Source: Octopus bimaculoides (taxonomy: Eukaryota). Taken from it: 51,266 nt of DNA. Position numbers and translations under genes: made by a program. Position 1 is the stretch's first letter. Each line of letters begins with the position of its first letter. Positions 48,933 to 51,266 of this stretch are shown here, piece after piece. The notes beneath the pieces were generated by a model, which ran no database searches, was not told the DNA's origin, and saw only the letters and a program-made list of their open reading frames with translations. The stretch covers positions 158,252,516 to 158,303,781 of the forward strand of contig NC_068982.1 in NCBI RefSeq assembly GCF_001194135.2, written 5' to 3'.

Positions 48933-49289
48933 GTATAACAAAACCATTCGCACCGAAAGCATATAGGAAATTTGTTTGCATAAAACAAATGCGAAATACT
49001 ATAGTTCTAAAATTTGGCTCAAACAGGGAAGCTAATTCACTGGTGTGACGGTAACACACTTAGTCGCGTTAAAAAAGGGATGTGGGTTCGAATGCTATTA
49101 ATATTCGAGTACCATTATTATTATTTACAGGACTGTAAAACAAGGCGCTGTATAACGAAACCATTCGCACCGAAAGCATATAGGAAATTTGTTTGCATAA
49201 AACAAATGCGAAATACTATAGTTCTAAAATTTGGCTCAAACAGGGAAGCTAATTCACTGGTGTGACGGTAACACACTTAGTCGCGTTAA
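48933..49289 (+). repeat. 140-bp direct repeat (48933-49072 and 49150-49289), one mismatch
   Basis: gtataac(a/g)aaaccattcgcaccgaaagc...ttagtcgcgttaa. The second copy ends at a 10-N gap. Confidence 0.92.
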
Positions 49290-49938
49290 NNNNNNNNNNA
49301 TATATATGCATGAATGTATACACATACATAATTGGCAGACGCAATAAATTCATCTCAGAAATAAGAGAGAAATTGTACGAATGAGTAATGCCTGCAACAA
49401 ATATTATCCAAGTGAGACCCTAAAACGTATAGAATTGCAGCAGAATTGGGAATGTATTAAAAGTTATTTCCTGTAAACTATAAGAGGAACAGACCCCAAA
49501 TTGGCTTATGACACATGAAAAGGTATATATATATATATATAGGGGAAAATGTGTGTATTCGTGCGTGGGCGAGCACGTGATAATTCTGTAGAAATGCACC
49601 AAATTGGGAAGGGGACTATTGAAAGCAAATGCGTCTCTTTAATATTGTGCTTTCTGATTCAGTTGGATGTTATTTGTTTAGATTTAAATGCATCCTATAG
49701 AATTGAATTGTCAATAGTTGCGAGAAGTTGCAAGCAAACACAACAAAAGGACACAGACATACATGTATGTATGTATATAAATTTTGGTCGATTGATTGTT
49801 TGAAGTTACGTACAGATGTTATACGTTAAGTAAAATGTTATACGTTAAGTAAAATGAGTTAGAATTTTGAATAATTATTTCTTTAGCGCTTTCATCATGT
49901 GTGAAAGCTTTATCATGAATATATTCACAGACACACAC

Positions 49939-49991
<53 letters not shown>

Positions 49992-50199
49992 CGCACACGC
50001 ACATGTTATGCATCCATGTTTTTTTATAGTTACGCATATTGTTATATCTGTATCCTTACATATGTACGAATATATATGCACACATAAACGTATACAAATA
50101 TATATCATGTGTCAATCTGTCTATCTAGCTATTCATGTTTCTTTTTTTTTCTTAAACTTTTTTATTCATTAACTTCGAAGACGTTTTGGCGTACGAATC

Positions 50200-50350
50200 A
50201 GCCTAGTATTTTTTTAAAGCATGTTACATATTCTAGATGTCTGTTTGGCCAAACTGCTAAGTTATGGGGACGCAAACATAGGAACACCGGTAATCAAGCA
50301 GTGAGTGGTTGGGGGAGAAACATAGACGCAAAGACACACATGCACATAAG
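50200..50350 (-). mobile_element. SINE family B fragment
   Basis: ttggccaaactgctaagttatggggacgcaaac...caagcagtg...ggggagaaacatagacgcaaagacacaca. Confidence 0.6.
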
Positions 50351-50774
50351 TATATGTTTTTGTAAACAATTGGTTTTGGACGGATCGACAGGTGTCATGC
50401 AGTGTCATGCAGTACGATGACCACCGACCAATGTCATTTGAAAGCAAGACACGGCTTTGTGTGTGCATACAATCTAAATCATTGCGTTTAAGAAACATGT
50501 ATACTTAACCGTAGCTTTTGAAAAAGATATGCGCAAATATTTGCATATTCCCACATGTACGTGTGCCTGAATTTAAATACATGCGTACACACATATAAAA
50601 ACATATATAGGGGTACATACATGTATGCAGACACGAAGTCACACAAGTTTATACATACACAAACACATATAGATATATGCATGTATATGGTTCCATAAAG
50701 AAATATATATATATATGGATTTTTTATCTCGTTCTGTTAATTTATATGTATACATATATGTATATGTATATATA

Positions 50775-51068
50775 TATATGTATATATATGTATTTATATG
50801 TATATATATGTGTGTGTATGTATATATATATATACATACATAGATGTGAGCCTAATCCATAATGTGAAAATAACGCCCACATCTCTCTCAGATCATAACA
50901 TTATAGAATTATATCATAACATTATAGAATTATATGTATATATATGTATTTATATGTATATATATGTGTGTGTATGTATATATATATATGTACATACATA
51001 GATGTGAGCCTAATCCATAATGTGAAAATAACGCCCACATCTCTCTCAGATCATAACATTATAGAATT
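50775..51068 (+). repeat. ~157-bp tandem duplication of a microsatellite/CR1 junction, with a nested ~20-bp duplication
   Basis: gatgtgagcctaatccataatgtgaaaataacgcccacatctctctcagatcataacattatagaatt occurs at 50843 and 51001. atcataacattatagaatt is doubled at 50892-50931. Confidence 0.9.
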
Positions 51069-51266
51069 AACTATGTATGGTCCTAGACAACCCACTGATA
51101 CCCACCCCACCAGCAGGACTCAAGCAATATCCAACCTGAATTTCCACGGGGCGGACTGGAAGTCAATTCGCAGAGAGATTCGAAATCAAAACTGGCATGA
51201 CAAGCTTTCTATACAAGACAATGACCTCAAACTAAGTCATTTTATGTCAACCATACAAGACATATG
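51001..51266 (+). mobile_element. CR1-like LINE ORF2 fragment (end of APE endonuclease and linker), running off the window
   Basis: DVSLIHNVKITPTSLSDHNIIELTMYGPRQ...NLNFHGADWKSIRREIRNQNWHDKLS has the SDH motif and NF..ADW, and is open to the window end. Confidence 0.8.

Noticed and set aside
48933-49289. Direct repeats with an intervening spacer resembling a CRISPR-like array
   Set aside because: There are only two copies of 140 bp in a eukaryotic context with no cas genes, and the repeat abuts an assembly gap.
49816-49853. 19-bp tandem duplication (atgttatacgttaagtaaa twice)
   Set aside because: Ordinary slippage duplication with no associated element.

Overview
This is AT-rich, microsatellite-dense animal genomic DNA from a draft assembly. 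It has nine N-gaps: 2829-2967, 7818-8068, 8923-8932, 10815-11093, 19284-19595, 27724-28051, 36577-37098, 44595-44604 and 49290-49299. The SINE families and repeat style resemble an octopus (coleoid cephalopod) genome; that assignment is my recognition, not a database result. The only host gene I can support is a non-NMDA, kainate-like ionotropic glutamate receptor on the minus strand. Two consecutive phase-0 coding exons (39137-38940 and 16818-16657) encode the S1 ligand-binding lobe and pre-M1 region, separated by a 22.1-kb GT-AG intron. I could not find the flanking exons, so the rest of the window is probably intron. The introns hold a wide range of transposon remnants: a Ty3/Gypsy LTR-gag fragment, an ORF1-only L1/Tx1-like element, a Tx1-like RT, CR1-like and RTE-like LINE pieces, an RLE-type (R4/NeSL/HERO-like) LINE, Penelope-like pieces, an internally deleted Tc1/mariner and about 17 tRNA-derived SINEs. 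The most unusual structures are a ~415-bp palindrome built from two back-to-back tRNA-like units (22233-22647), and an LTR-gag-[ORF1-only LINE]-LTR composite (37-2822). No rRNA, functional tRNA or CRISPR array is supported. Most ORFs in the supplied track are microsatellite or gap artefacts. Transposon boundaries are approximate unless a TSD or TIR is cited.
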